From NCBI GenBank assembly GCA_018897105.1, contig JAHILF010000053.1, positions 62,056-126,055 of the forward strand: 64,000 nucleotides of DNA, read 5' to 3'. Position 1 is the first letter of the stretch. Each line of letters starts with the position of its first letter. The position numbers and the translations under genes are program-made. Under the pieces are notes generated by a model. The model searched no databases and had not been told where the DNA came from. It saw only the letters and a program-made list of their open reading frames with translations. This DNA is from Pseudomonadota bacterium. Its GTDB lineage: Bacteria > Desulfobacterota > Desulfobulbia > Desulfobulbales > SURF-16. Shown one piece after another: positions 41,109 to 52,344 of the stretch.

Positions 41109-42154
41109 TCAGAGTACTCCTTGTTGACGACTCAGCCACCACTGCTGCATTTATCTCAGCACTTCTGGATGAGGATGATAAACTTAGTGTAGTGGGCAGG
41201 GCTCAGGATGGAGCGCAGGCAATCCGGATGACGACTATGCTTCAGCCGGATGTCGTGGTGATGGATATCAATATGCCGAATATGAACGGCTACGAGGCCA
41301 CCATGAGGATACTTGCCATCCATCCGGTGCCCATTATCATCTGCAGCAACATCTGGCAGCCCGGGGAGCTAGTCCGCACTTTTGAGGCAATTGAGGCTGG
41401 AGCGGTGACCGCCATCCCTAAACCGCCTGGTCCGGGGCATCCCGATTTTAAAAGGCTGGCCAACCACTTTGTGCAGACCGTCAAAGCCATGGCAGAGGTA
41501 CGGGTGGTGTGTCGAAAGCCATGGCAGCAGATGAAAAAAACCTACCAGCAGGCTCCCTTTTCCCTTGGGGAGATGAAGGTTGTTCCGCAGTTGCTTGCCA
41601 TGGGCGCCTCAACCGGTGGACCGCCCGCCATCAAGGCAATCCTGGAGAGGCTGAACAAAAAATTCCCCTTACCCATTGTTATTGTTCAGCATATTGCCAT
41701 AGGCTTTGTTGAAGGAATGGCTTCCTGGCTGGAAAAGAACATATCTTTACCCGTGAAGATAGCTGAACACGAAGAACGGCTGCAGCCCGGTCATGTCTAT
41801 CTTGCCCCGGCGGATGTACAGATGGGTGTAGCCAAGGGAAAAATCATCATCGATAAAACTGCCTTCCCGGAAAAGGGGCTGCGGCCGGCAATTTCGTTTC
41901 TTTTTCGTTCTGTGGCAGAAGAATACGGGATGTATGCCATAGGGGTACTGCTCACCGGTATGGGCAAGGACGGGGCCGCTGAACTGCAGGCATTACAAAA
42001 AAAAGGCGCCCTTACCATTGCCCAGGACGAGGCAAGCTCAGTGGTCAATGGCATGCCGGGGGAAGCAGTAAAACTGCAGGCAGCAAGCTTTGTTCTGCCG
42101 CCGGTTGAAATATCCAGACTGCTCAACAAAGTAACACAACGTCCAGCTCCATAA
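41105..42154 (+). CDS. cheB: Chemotaxis methylesterase
   Basis: REC domain plus the catalytic triad motifs GASTGGP, VQHI and LTGMGKDG. Confidence 0.95.
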   Translation: MIRVLLVDDSATTAAFISALLDEDDKLSVVGRAQDGAQAIRMTTMLQPDVVVMDINMPNMNGYEATMRILAIHPVPIIICSNIWQPGELVRTFEAIEAGAVTAIPKPPGPGHPDFKRLANHFVQTVKAMAEVRVVCRKPWQQMKKTYQQAPFSLGEMKVVPQLLAMGASTGGPPAIKAILERLNKKFPLPIVIVQHIAIGFVEGMASWLEKNISLPVKIAEHEERLQPGHVYLAPADVQMGVAKGKIIIDKTAFPEKGLRPAISFLFRSVAEEYGMYAIGVLLTGMGKDGAAELQALQKKGALTIAQDEASSVVNGMPGEAVKLQAASFVLPPVEISRLLNKVTQRPAP

Positions 42155-42158
42155 AAAG

Positions 42159-42335
42159 GAGCCTCTTGCAAAATGAACGTCGTAGCGAGATCGAGAGAAA
42201 AACATTCTGTGAAAGAATGAGTTGTGAAATCGCCCGGAAGCATAGCAGTGCTACGTTGAGGACGATTTCACCAGGAAGACGCCGCACAGGATATTTTTAG
42301 CCGATCGGAGTAGATGTTCATTTTGCAAGAGGCTC
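42159..42335. mobile_element. 177-bp MITE
   Basis: Perfect 20-bp terminal inverted repeats GAGCCTCTTGCAAAATGAAC/GTTCATTTTGCAAGAGGCTC, with AAAG duplicated on both flanks (42155-42158, 42336-42339). It has no coding capacity. Confidence 0.85.
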
Positions 42336-42347
42336 AAAGGATACAAT

Positions 42348-44621
42348 ATGCCACTTCCGCAAGATACCAATATCTTAATTGTAGAAGACAGTCTGACTCA
42401 GGCGGTGCAGCTGCAGTTTCTCTTGGAAAAAAACGACTTCAAGGTGACTTGCGCACATAACGGCCGGCAAGCGCTGGAGAAAGCCCGCCAAGAGAAACCG
42501 TCCGTCATTATCAGTGATATTGTCATGCCGGAGATGGATGGTTATGAGTTATGCAGCAATATCAAGGCTGATGAATCCTTAAGAGATGTGCCGGTGATTC
42601 TGCTCACCTCCCTGTCAAACCCCGAGGAGGTGATCAATGCCTTGGCCTGCAGTGCTGACAGCTTTGTCACCAAACCCTATGAAGAAAAATTTCTCCTTTC
42701 CCGCATCAGACATATTTTGATCAACCAGGAGATGCGCCGCAGCTCAACGAGCGAAAACGGCATCTGTATCTTTTTCGCCGGCAAGTCACATTTCATTACA
42801 TCCGACCTGACCCAGATCGTCGACCTCCTGGTTTCCACCTATGAAAACGCAGTAGAGAGAAATGAGGAACTGATGCGGATGCAGTTGCAGTTGAAAAAGG
42901 CCAATGAAAATCTGCATGCGCTTTATCAACAGAATGAACTCCTGCTGTATAATGCCGGTGAGGGAATTATCGGACTCGATGCAAAGGGAGTCATCAGTTA
43001 TGCCAATCCTGCGGCGGAAAAAATTCTGGCCTCCATGGAAAAGGAACTGGTCGGCAGCCACATCAAACGATTCATGTGTCATGACGATACCCCCGCCTCA
43101 GCCTGGGAAGAGTCTCCGGTATACAACGTGCTCAGAACCTGTGGCCAGCACAGGGATGAAGACGCAATATTCCGGAGATTCAACAACGAAAAGTTCCCGG
43201 TTGAATATACCTGCGCCACGGTTCATGAAGGAAATTGTGCCGGAACAGGAGGCGTCATGCTCTTTCAGGATATTTCAAAACGAAAAGCCATGGAGAGAAA
43301 ACTCCGTGAACTCGCCCATTACGACCCCTTGACCGGTCTGGCCAATCGCCGGGTGTATCAGGAATTTCTTGATATGGAACTTGATCGTTCCGTGCGACAT
43401 GGCCTGCGGATGGCCGTCCTGTTCATGGACCTGGACAATTTCAAGCTGATCAATGACACCAAGGGACACGACGTGGGAGATCTTCTGCTGAAGAGTGTCG
43501 CCGATCGGGTCAAAAAATGTGTGCGCAAGGAAGACCTTGTCGCCAGGCTGGGCGGGGATGAGTTTGCCATTGTTCTTGTTGAAATAGAACACCCGGAAAA
43601 TGCGGCTCTCGTGGCCCAGAAAGTCCTGGAAAAGCTGGCGGTTCCCCATCAATTGGCCGGCCATGAAATAATCACCACCTTCAGCATCGGCATCGCCGTA
43701 TACCCCATGAGCGGCAGCACTGTGGAGGACATCTGCAAGGCGGCCGACATTGCCATGTATCACGCCAAGGAGGACGGCAAGAACAACTACAAGTTCTACG
43801 AGCCCGAGATGCAGCGTTTTGCGCTGGAGCGGATGCGGCTGGAAAAGGATCTGCGCAGCAGCCTGCAGAATGAGGAATTGACTGTTCACTACCAGCCCCA
43901 GGTTGAGATCAGCAGCGGAAAAATTGTCCGCCTGCAGGCCCTTGTGCGATGGCATCATACCACCCAGGGGCTGGTCAGCCCGGGCATTTTCATTCCCATC
44001 GCTGAAAAATGCGGCATCATCGGCCCGCTCGGCGAATGGACTCTCCGTACGGCCTGTAGCACCAATGCGCTGTGGCACAGAAAATTCGGTCCCGCCTTTA
44101 AGATGATTGTTGCGGTGAAGGTGTCCATGAAACAGCTGCGGAATAAAAATTTATGGGAAGCCATTGACACCATCCTGACGACCACCGGGCTGGCGCCGAA
44201 TCAGCTTGAAATTGAACTGACTGAAAGCGCGGTCATGAATGATCCGGAAACGACCGTTACCCTGCTCAATAAAATCCATCAACTGGGTGTGCGGGTTGCC
44301 ATCGATGATTTCGGCACCGGATACTCATCGTTGAAATATCTGCAGCGCCTGCCCATCGACACATTGGAAATCGATCTCTCCTTTGTGGCCAATATCGGGC
44401 GCAGCGTGCACGATGAAACAATCATCAAGACCATCATCTCCCTGGCGCACAATATGGACCTGCAGGTCACAGCCAAAGGAGTGGAGACCGAGGCGCAGTA
44501 TCTTTTCCTGAAAGAGCATCAATGCGATCTCATGCAGGGCCATTATTTCATGAAGCCGTTGCCTGCTGAAGAGATGGCAGAGGTGCTGATGAAACTAACT
44601 GAGGAGGATAAGCGCCAATAA
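42348..44621 (+). CDS. REC-PAS-GGDEF-EAL protein; output of the chemosensory operon
   Basis: REC (VEDS, DIVMP), PAS, GGDEF with RKED I-site and RLGGDEF, and an EAL domain with QAL, VKVS, LEID and AKGVE substitutions. Confidence 0.92.
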   Translation: MPLPQDTNILIVEDSLTQAVQLQFLLEKNDFKVTCAHNGRQALEKARQEKPSVIISDIVMPEMDGYELCSNIKADESLRDVPVILLTSLSNPEEVINALACSADSFVTKPYEEKFLLSRIRHILINQEMRRSSTSENGICIFFAGKSHFITSDLTQIVDLLVSTYENAVERNEELMRMQLQLKKANENLHALYQQNELLLYNAGEGIIGLDAKGVISYANPAAEKILASMEKELVGSHIKRFMCHDDTPASAWEESPVYNVLRTCGQHRDEDAIFRRFNNEKFPVEYTCATVHEGNCAGTGGVMLFQDISKRKAMERKLRELAHYDPLTGLANRRVYQEFLDMELDRSVRHGLRMAVLFMDLDNFKLINDTKGHDVGDLLLKSVADRVKKCVRKEDLVARLGGDEFAIVLVEIEHPENAALVAQKVLEKLAVPHQLAGHEIITTFSIGIAVYPMSGSTVEDICKAADIAMYHAKEDGKNNYKFYEPEMQRFALERMRLEKDLRSSLQNEELTVHYQPQVEISSGKIVRLQALVRWHHTTQGLVSPGIFIPIAEKCGIIGPLGEWTLRTACSTNALWHRKFGPAFKMIVAVKVSMKQLRNKNLWEAIDTILTTTGLAPNQLEIELTESAVMNDPETTVTLLNKIHQLGVRVAIDDFGTGYSSLKYLQRLPIDTLEIDLSFVANIGRSVHDETIIKTIISLAHNMDLQVTAKGVETEAQYLFLKEHQCDLMQGHYFMKPLPAEEMAEVLMKLTEEDKRQ

Positions 44622-46355
<1,734 letters not shown>

Positions 46356-46361
46356 CCGGAT

Positions 46362-46760
46362 ATGAACTCCATTTCCCTCGGCATCTATCTGCCCACCAGA
46401 ATTTGCTGGCAGGCTGACTCCGTCAGAAAGGTCATCGCGGAAGGTCTTGAAGGGTATTTCACCTTGCTGCCCCGTCATGTGGACTATATTGCCGTTCTCG
46501 TTCCCGGGGTCCTCACGGTGGTGGATAATGCAGGTCAGACCTTTTACTTTGCCGTTGATCATGGCTCGCTGGTCAAACAGGGTGGCAAGGTAAACATCTC
46601 CACCCGCAACTGCATAGAGGGTAAAGATTTCCGTTCTCTGGTCAATATCGTTGCCACAGAGTTCTACCAGCTCGATGACCTTGAGAAAAAGGCCAGAACC
46701 GCTCTAGCAGGCCTGGAACATTCCATGCTCCGCCGTTTTGCGGAACTGAAAAAAAGATAA
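46362..46760 (+). CDS. atpC: N-ATPase epsilon subunit
   Basis: AEGLEGYFTLLPRHVD...PGVL; second position in the operon. Confidence 0.9.
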   Translation: MNSISLGIYLPTRICWQADSVRKVIAEGLEGYFTLLPRHVDYIAVLVPGVLTVVDNAGQTFYFAVDHGSLVKQGGKVNISTRNCIEGKDFRSLVNIVATEFYQLDDLEKKARTALAGLEHSMLRRFAELKKR

Positions 46761-46765
46761 GCGCC

Positions 46766-47071
46766 ATGACCAAGGAACAGAAGCCACACAAAGAACATCT
46801 GCCGGAAATTGTTGAAAAGAAATACGAGAAAAGGGAGCAGGCCCGGCAGGAAAGACAAAAGCCAATATTTTTCGGACTCGGCATGTTCGGCACCATCGGC
46901 TGGACCATTGCCGTGCCCACCGTTATCGGAACTTTCATCGGCCGCTGGCTTGACACACTCCACCTGATGGACAACCAGGTTTCCTGGACCCTCACGGGCA
47001 TGATCGGCGGCTTGTTTCTCGGGGCGGTGGCGGCCTGGCGCTGGGTTAAAAAAGAAAGCGGAACCCATTAG
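46766..47071 (+). CDS. atpQ: N-ATPase AtpQ (AtpZ/AtpI-like) protein
   Basis: GLGMFGTIGWTIAVP...GRWLD...SWTLT; two TM segments; position in the N-ATPase gene order. Confidence 0.85.
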   Translation: MTKEQKPHKEHLPEIVEKKYEKREQARQERQKPIFFGLGMFGTIGWTIAVPTVIGTFIGRWLDTLHLMDNQVSWTLTGMIGGLFLGAVAAWRWVKKESGTH

Positions 47072-47080
47072 GAGGGTCAC

Positions 47081-47383
47081 GTGCAGATTGACCGTTTGCT
47101 CATTCTTGCTGCCATGCTGGTGATCGGCTTTGCTGTCGGCCTTGTTTATTTCCAGGGGTTGTGGCTGACCTTAAGCAGATACAGCGGCCAAAAAAATCTC
47201 GGCAGCAAACTGCTGTTGAGTTTTCTCATCCGCCTGACCCTGGCCATTGGGATTTTTTATTACTCTATGCAGGACGACTGGCAGAGACTCATCCTGCTGC
47301 TCATCGGTTTTTTGATTGCCCGGCAGGTAATGATTCGCAGATTGCGGGAACCTGCCCCTGCGGCCAAACCCAATATGAATTAA
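47081..47383 (+). CDS. atpR: N-ATPase AtpR protein
   Basis: GLVYFQGLWLT...SFLIRL...GFLIAR; small membrane protein between atpQ and atpB. Confidence 0.85.
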   Translation: MQIDRLLILAAMLVIGFAVGLVYFQGLWLTLSRYSGQKNLGSKLLLSFLIRLTLAIGIFYYSMQDDWQRLILLLIGFLIARQVMIRRLREPAPAAKPNMN

Positions 47384-47387
47384 CGCC

Positions 47388-48086
47388 ATGAAATTTTCAC
47401 CTGACCAGTTTATCATCGTCGATTGGGGCTGGGGTAGCCTCAATGCCACCATTGTCTTCACCTGGTTGGAAATGGTCTTGCTGGTTGCCGGCTCCTGGCT
47501 GATCACCAGAAATTTGTCCAGCGATGTGACCATCAGCCGCTGGCAGAATATATTGGAAATTCTTGTTGCCGGCATCGCCAAACAGATCGAGGAAATCACC
47601 AGGCAAAAACCCGAACCTTTCCTGCCCTTTGTCGGCACCCTCTTCATCTTCATCCTGGTTTCCAACCTGCTGTCGGTTATTCCCTATTACCACCCGCCCA
47701 CCGCCTCTCTTTCCACCACCAGCGCCCTGGCCCTCTGTGTTTTTATCGCCGTGCCGGTATTTGGTCTGTCTTCGAGAAGTCTGGGCAGTTATCTCAGACA
47801 ATATATGGAACCGACATTTTTCATGCTGCCGTTCAATATCCTCGGCGACCTGTCCCGCACCCTGGCCCTGGCTGTCCGATTATATGGTAACGTCTTGAGC
47901 GGCTCGATAATCGGCTTTGTGCTTCTCCTCATCGTGCCGCTCTTTTTACCCGTTGTCATGAGCGCCCTGGGACTGTTGACCGGGACAATTCAGGCATATA
48001 TCTTTGCGCTGCTGGCCATGATCTACATCTCCTCAGTGTTGAAAAATGAAGAACTAGAATCATCATCCAACCGCAAAACAAAATGA
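47388..48086 (+). CDS. atpB: N-ATPase a subunit
   Basis: PPTASLSTT, MLPFNILGDLSRTLALAVRLYGN (essential Arg), IQAYIFALL. Confidence 0.95.
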   Translation: MKFSPDQFIIVDWGWGSLNATIVFTWLEMVLLVAGSWLITRNLSSDVTISRWQNILEILVAGIAKQIEEITRQKPEPFLPFVGTLFIFILVSNLLSVIPYYHPPTASLSTTSALALCVFIAVPVFGLSSRSLGSYLRQYMEPTFFMLPFNILGDLSRTLALAVRLYGNVLSGSIIGFVLLLIVPLFLPVVMSALGLLTGTIQAYIFALLAMIYISSVLKNEELESSSNRKTK

Positions 48087-48138
48087 GACTGCTGAAAATT
48101 TCACCACAATCCCGTCACACAAAATAAAAGGGGGAAAT

Positions 48139-48417
48139 ATGGATGCAATAGAGTTAATCGGTATGATGTCGGTGCTGGCAGCCGGCCTCTGCATGGGCAT
48201 CGGCGCCCTTGGTCCGGCCATCGGCGAAGGGATGGCGGCGGCCGCCGCCCTGCGTTCCATCGCACAGCAGCCGGATGAATCCGCGGCAATAACCCGCACT
48301 CTTTTCGTTGCCATGGCCATGATTGAGTCAACCGGCATCTACGCCTTTGTCATCGCCATTATCCTGATCTTTGCCAATCCCTTCTGGGAATACGCCATTA
48401 AACATGCTGCAGGTTAA
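48139..48417 (+). CDS. atpE: N-ATPase c subunit with a Na+-binding signature
   Basis: GALGPAIGEG in helix 1 and IESTGIY in helix 2. Confidence 0.95.
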   Translation: MDAIELIGMMSVLAAGLCMGIGALGPAIGEGMAAAAALRSIAQQPDESAAITRTLFVAMAMIESTGIYAFVIAIILIFANPFWEYAIKHAAG

Positions 48418-48420
48418 CCA

Positions 48421-49179
48421 ATGGGCATAGACTGGTTTACCTTCTGCGCCCAGATCATCAATTTCCTCATTCTGGTCTGGCTGCTGAAAAAAGTGCTCTA
48501 TCAACCCGTGTTGAACGCCATGGCAGAGCGGGAAGCAAAGATCGCCGCGCGGTTAAACGATGCCACAGAGCAGGCAGCCCAGGCAGAGCAGGAAAAAGGG
48601 AAATTTCTTGACCTGCAGCAGCAGCTCAAATCCTCTGCTGCCGCTGAAATGCAACGGGCAAAAAAGGAAGCTGACCTGTTCCGCGACGAACTGATTGCCT
48701 CGGTGCGCCGGGAGATAGAGCGGAACCGCAGCCAGTGGCTCGCCTCCCTTGCCAGGGAAAAGGAATCTTTTTTGAAAGAAACGAGCCTGACCATTGCCAG
48801 AGGCTTCCATAAACTGGCCAACAACACCCTGCGCGATCTGGCCGGCGAGGATCTTGAGCAAAGGGTACTTGCGGTTTTTCTCTCCGAACTCGGAAAACTC
48901 TCCCAAAAAGACAACGAACATATCAGCCGCCACATTACCGAGACCGGGGACGATGTCATCGTCACCAGCGCCTTTGCCCTCTCCTCTTCATTAAATAATG
49001 AAATCAACAGACGTCTTGGAGCCATGTGGGGGGGAAATCTGCATAGCCGGTTTCTGGTTGACGAGTCCCTGCTGGCCGGCATCCATATCGAGATTGCCGG
49101 CAAAAAAATAGAGTGGGACGCGGGTAACTATCTTGAAAAATTTGAACAGGAACTTGCTGCAAACCTTCACCTAAACTGA
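48421..49179 (+). CDS. atpF: N-ATPase b subunit with a delta-like C-terminal extension
   Basis: IDWFTFCAQIINFLILVWLL..LY.P, coiled coil, C-terminal LLAGIHIEI; no separate atpH gene. Confidence 0.9.
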   Translation: MGIDWFTFCAQIINFLILVWLLKKVLYQPVLNAMAEREAKIAARLNDATEQAAQAEQEKGKFLDLQQQLKSSAAAEMQRAKKEADLFRDELIASVRREIERNRSQWLASLAREKESFLKETSLTIARGFHKLANNTLRDLAGEDLEQRVLAVFLSELGKLSQKDNEHISRHITETGDDVIVTSAFALSSSLNNEINRRLGAMWGGNLHSRFLVDESLLAGIHIEIAGKKIEWDAGNYLEKFEQELAANLHLN

Positions 49180-49188
49180 TCTGACATT

Positions 49189-50709
49189 ATGCTGAAAGCA
49201 TCACTTGAAAAAACCCGTAACGCCCTTGAGCGTACTCTGGACTCCCATGAATTTTCCCTGCAAGCCGAGGATGTGGGCCGGATCATCTCGGTTTCCGGAC
49301 CGGTTGCCTATGCCAGTGGCTTAAACGGTGTTACCTCTGAAGAACTGGTGCAGGCTGAGGACGGCACCCTCGGCATTGTTGCCAGTCTGGACCCGGATAA
49401 GGTCGGCATCATTCTGCTGAGCACAGGCTATTCGCTCAAGGCCGGTCATGAGGTGAAACGGCTCGGCCGGGTGGCCGACGTGATGGTGGGAGAGGCACTG
49501 CTGGGCAGGGTGATCGACGCCACCGGCAAACCCCTTGATGAGAAGGGAACGATCCAGCATCTGGCAAGAAGTCCTCTGGAACACCCGGCCCCGGCAATTA
49601 TGGATCGTCTGCCGGTGGCAAGTCCACTGGAAACAGGTATCAAGGTCATTGACGCCCTGATTCCCATCGGCAAAGGGCAACGGGAGCTGATTCTCGGTGA
49701 CCGCCAGACAGGCAAAACATCCATCGCCCTTGACGCCATCGTCAACCAGAAGGACAAGGAGGTCATCTGCATCTATGCCGCCATCGGCCAACGGGAATCG
49801 GCTGTGGCCAAGGTGCTTCACGAGCTGAAAGAACATGGAGCGCTATCCTACACGGTGGTGGTGGTCTCAAGTGGCCAGGATGCACCGGGACTGCAGTACA
49901 TCACGCCCTACGCCGCCACCAGCATCGGCGAATATTTCATGTCCAGGGGCAAAAATGTCCTCATCGTTTATGATGATCTTACCCGCCACGCCCGTTCTTA
50001 TCGTGAGATATCTCTGCTGCTGGAGAGATCCCCGGGAAGAGAGGCTTATCCCGGCGATATCTTTTATATCCATTCCCGGCTGCTGGAAAGAGCAACCCAT
50101 CTTCGCCAGAACATGGGCGGCGGCAGCCTGACTGCTCTGCCCATTGTGGAAACCGAGGCGCAGAACCTCTCCGCCTATATTCCGACCAATATCATCTCCA
50201 TCACGGACGGTCAGATCTATCTCTCACCTGATCTCTTTTCCAAGGGCATGCTGCCCGCGGTTGATGTGGGAAAATCCGTGTCCAGGGTTGGCGGCAAGGC
50301 GCAGAAAGTTGCCTACCGGGATCTTGTCGGACAGATGCGTCTGTCCTATGCCCAGTTCGAGGAGCTTGAAACCTTTGCCCGTTTCGCCACAAGACTTGAT
50401 GATAATACCAAGAAAGCCCTGGAACGTGGCAAACGAGTAAGGGAAGTCCTGCGGCAGAGCAGATACTCCCCCTTGAAGGACTATGAACAGGTGGCGGTCA
50501 TGCTTGCCCTCACCGAAGGCCTGCTTGACGAAATTGAAGTCAAGGAAATCAAGGCGGCCGAGCAAAAAATTACGGAAAAAATATTCAGGGACCTCCCCCA
50601 CATCTGCCAAAAAATCCGACAGGGAGATAAACTGTCCGAAGATGAAAAAGCCGCCCTGCTCGCCTCCTGCAGACAGGCGGTTGCCCCCATTGCCGGCACC
50701 ATGGAATAG
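49189..50709 (+). CDS. atpA: N-ATPase alpha subunit
   Basis: [49 protein letters not shown]. Confidence 0.96.
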   Translation: MLKASLEKTRNALERTLDSHEFSLQAEDVGRIISVSGPVAYASGLNGVTSEELVQAEDGTLGIVASLDPDKVGIILLSTGYSLKAGHEVKRLGRVADVMVGEALLGRVIDATGKPLDEKGTIQHLARSPLEHPAPAIMDRLPVASPLETGIKVIDALIPIGKGQRELILGDRQTGKTSIALDAIVNQKDKEVICIYAAIGQRESAVAKVLHELKEHGALSYTVVVVSSGQDAPGLQYITPYAATSIGEYFMSRGKNVLIVYDDLTRHARSYREISLLLERSPGREAYPGDIFYIHSRLLERATHLRQNMGGGSLTALPIVETEAQNLSAYIPTNIISITDGQIYLSPDLFSKGMLPAVDVGKSVSRVGGKAQKVAYRDLVGQMRLSYAQFEELETFARFATRLDDNTKKALERGKRVREVLRQSRYSPLKDYEQVAVMLALTEGLLDEIEVKEIKAAEQKITEKIFRDLPHICQKIRQGDKLSEDEKAALLASCRQAVAPIAGTME

Positions 50710-50715
50710 AACAGC

Positions 50716-51621
50716 ATGGAGACCTTACAGGATCTGGACAAAAGAATAACAACCACCACCAAGGTGCAGGGTATCGTCAAAAGCATGAAGACCCTGTCTG
50801 CCGTCAATATCCGTCAGTATGAACGGGCACTTGCCTCGTTGGACACCTTTGTCGAAGTCATCGAACTTGGCCTGCAGACGGTGCTCAAGGAAACGGCATT
50901 GCCGCGGCATGCTGCCGCATCGGATCAATTCCCCAGAGGGGTGATCATCTTCGGTTCCGATCAGGGTCTATGCGGCAGATTCAATGAACGTCTGGCCGAT
51001 TTTGTCAGACAGCAGCTTATCGGTATGAAAGTCACTGATTTCTCATCCCTCAAACTGATAGTCATCGGCGCACGGATTGCGGCCCGGCTTGAGGCGGGAG
51101 GTTTTATCATAGACAAACAGTTCTGGGTTCCAGGTTCCGTCAACGGCATTAACGCCAGTATTTATCAGGTGCTTCTCAGCTTGGAAGGCTGGCTTAAAGA
51201 ACACAAAATAGCCCAGGTTGATATCTTCCTTAACAGATATGAAAAATTAACTGCGGCCAGGCCCGATCACCAGGTTTTACTTCCAATTGATAACGACCAT
51301 CTGCGCGCTCTGCGCAAAAAAAAATGGCCGGGCAGGTCACTCCCCAGTTACCGGGTGCCGGCCGAGCAGCTTTTTTCCGGATTAATCCGCCAGTATCTGT
51401 TCGTCAATCTTTTCCGCAGTCAGGCCGAATCCCTGGCCAGTGAGCAGGCAAGCCGCCTGAGGTCTCTGCAGAATGCGGAAAAAAATATTGAAGAACATAT
51501 TGAGGAACTGCGGGGTGCATACAGGATAAAACGGCAGGCCACCATCACCTCGGAATTGCTGGACCTGGTTGCCGGATTCAAAGCAACCGTCAACTCCCAG
51601 CTCAAAACAACTGATCAGTAA
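50716..51621 (+). CDS. atpG: N-ATPase gamma subunit
   Basis: IVKSMKTLSA, GSDQGLCG.FN, SEQASRL, RQATITSELLD. Confidence 0.95.
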   Translation: METLQDLDKRITTTTKVQGIVKSMKTLSAVNIRQYERALASLDTFVEVIELGLQTVLKETALPRHAAASDQFPRGVIIFGSDQGLCGRFNERLADFVRQQLIGMKVTDFSSLKLIVIGARIAARLEAGGFIIDKQFWVPGSVNGINASIYQVLLSLEGWLKEHKIAQVDIFLNRYEKLTAARPDHQVLLPIDNDHLRALRKKKWPGRSLPSYRVPAEQLFSGLIRQYLFVNLFRSQAESLASEQASRLRSLQNAEKNIEEHIEELRGAYRIKRQATITSELLDLVAGFKATVNSQLKTTDQ

Positions 51622-52344
51622 TAATGATACGGGCCTGCAGCAACTCGTCTGCTTTATTCCCATTATTTGATCTGAAAATTTCTCTCGGCAAATATCCAAC
51701 CCAATCAATTAGTTATCAAAACAAAAGCAAGATAATTATTTGCAAATCCGCGACACTGATCCTTCCTCGTCTTACTTCCCATTATTTGATGTACCACAGA
51801 CAACATAACTCGCTGAGATATCGAAAAAATTAAAGTCGAAAAATGTGCCGGAAGGTAAAAAAAAACAATTTCACCACACTTTCTTGCAGCAAAAAAACAA
51901 TCGCATTCTGCTTTCTGCGACAATTTACCACACCGCAAATTTATCGCTAAGTAGTTATATTAGCGCGAGCAAAAATTGAGCATTCATTTTTTTACAAAAT
52001 CTGTTATAAATTTTGCTATAAAATGAATAACCAATTTTATTACTTTTTTTTAAAATAATAAAAATCTTGGTTAATTACTGCTTTCATTTTTTCTCAGAGC
52101 ATGTATATAAAAGAAAAAATAATTTCTTCATACTGAATGAAAGAAGAGAGAATTTATTTTTTTAGGGGCGATTTTTTTTATTAAAACAGACAACTCATAA
52201 TTTCTTAAAATACCGCAAAATTCATATTTGAACAGTGAATCACATCAGGGTCCGCCCCATTTGTCTAGGTGATCCCCGAAATTCACTTTTTTTATGTATT
52301 GTGCGGTGTTTGAACAAACAGAAACACATGATGAGGGAGGGATA

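Noticed and set aside
52067-52082. Sigma54-like TTGGTTAATTACTGCT upstream of the cytochrome operon
   Set aside because: Only 9 nt lie between GG and GC; sigma54 promoters need 10.
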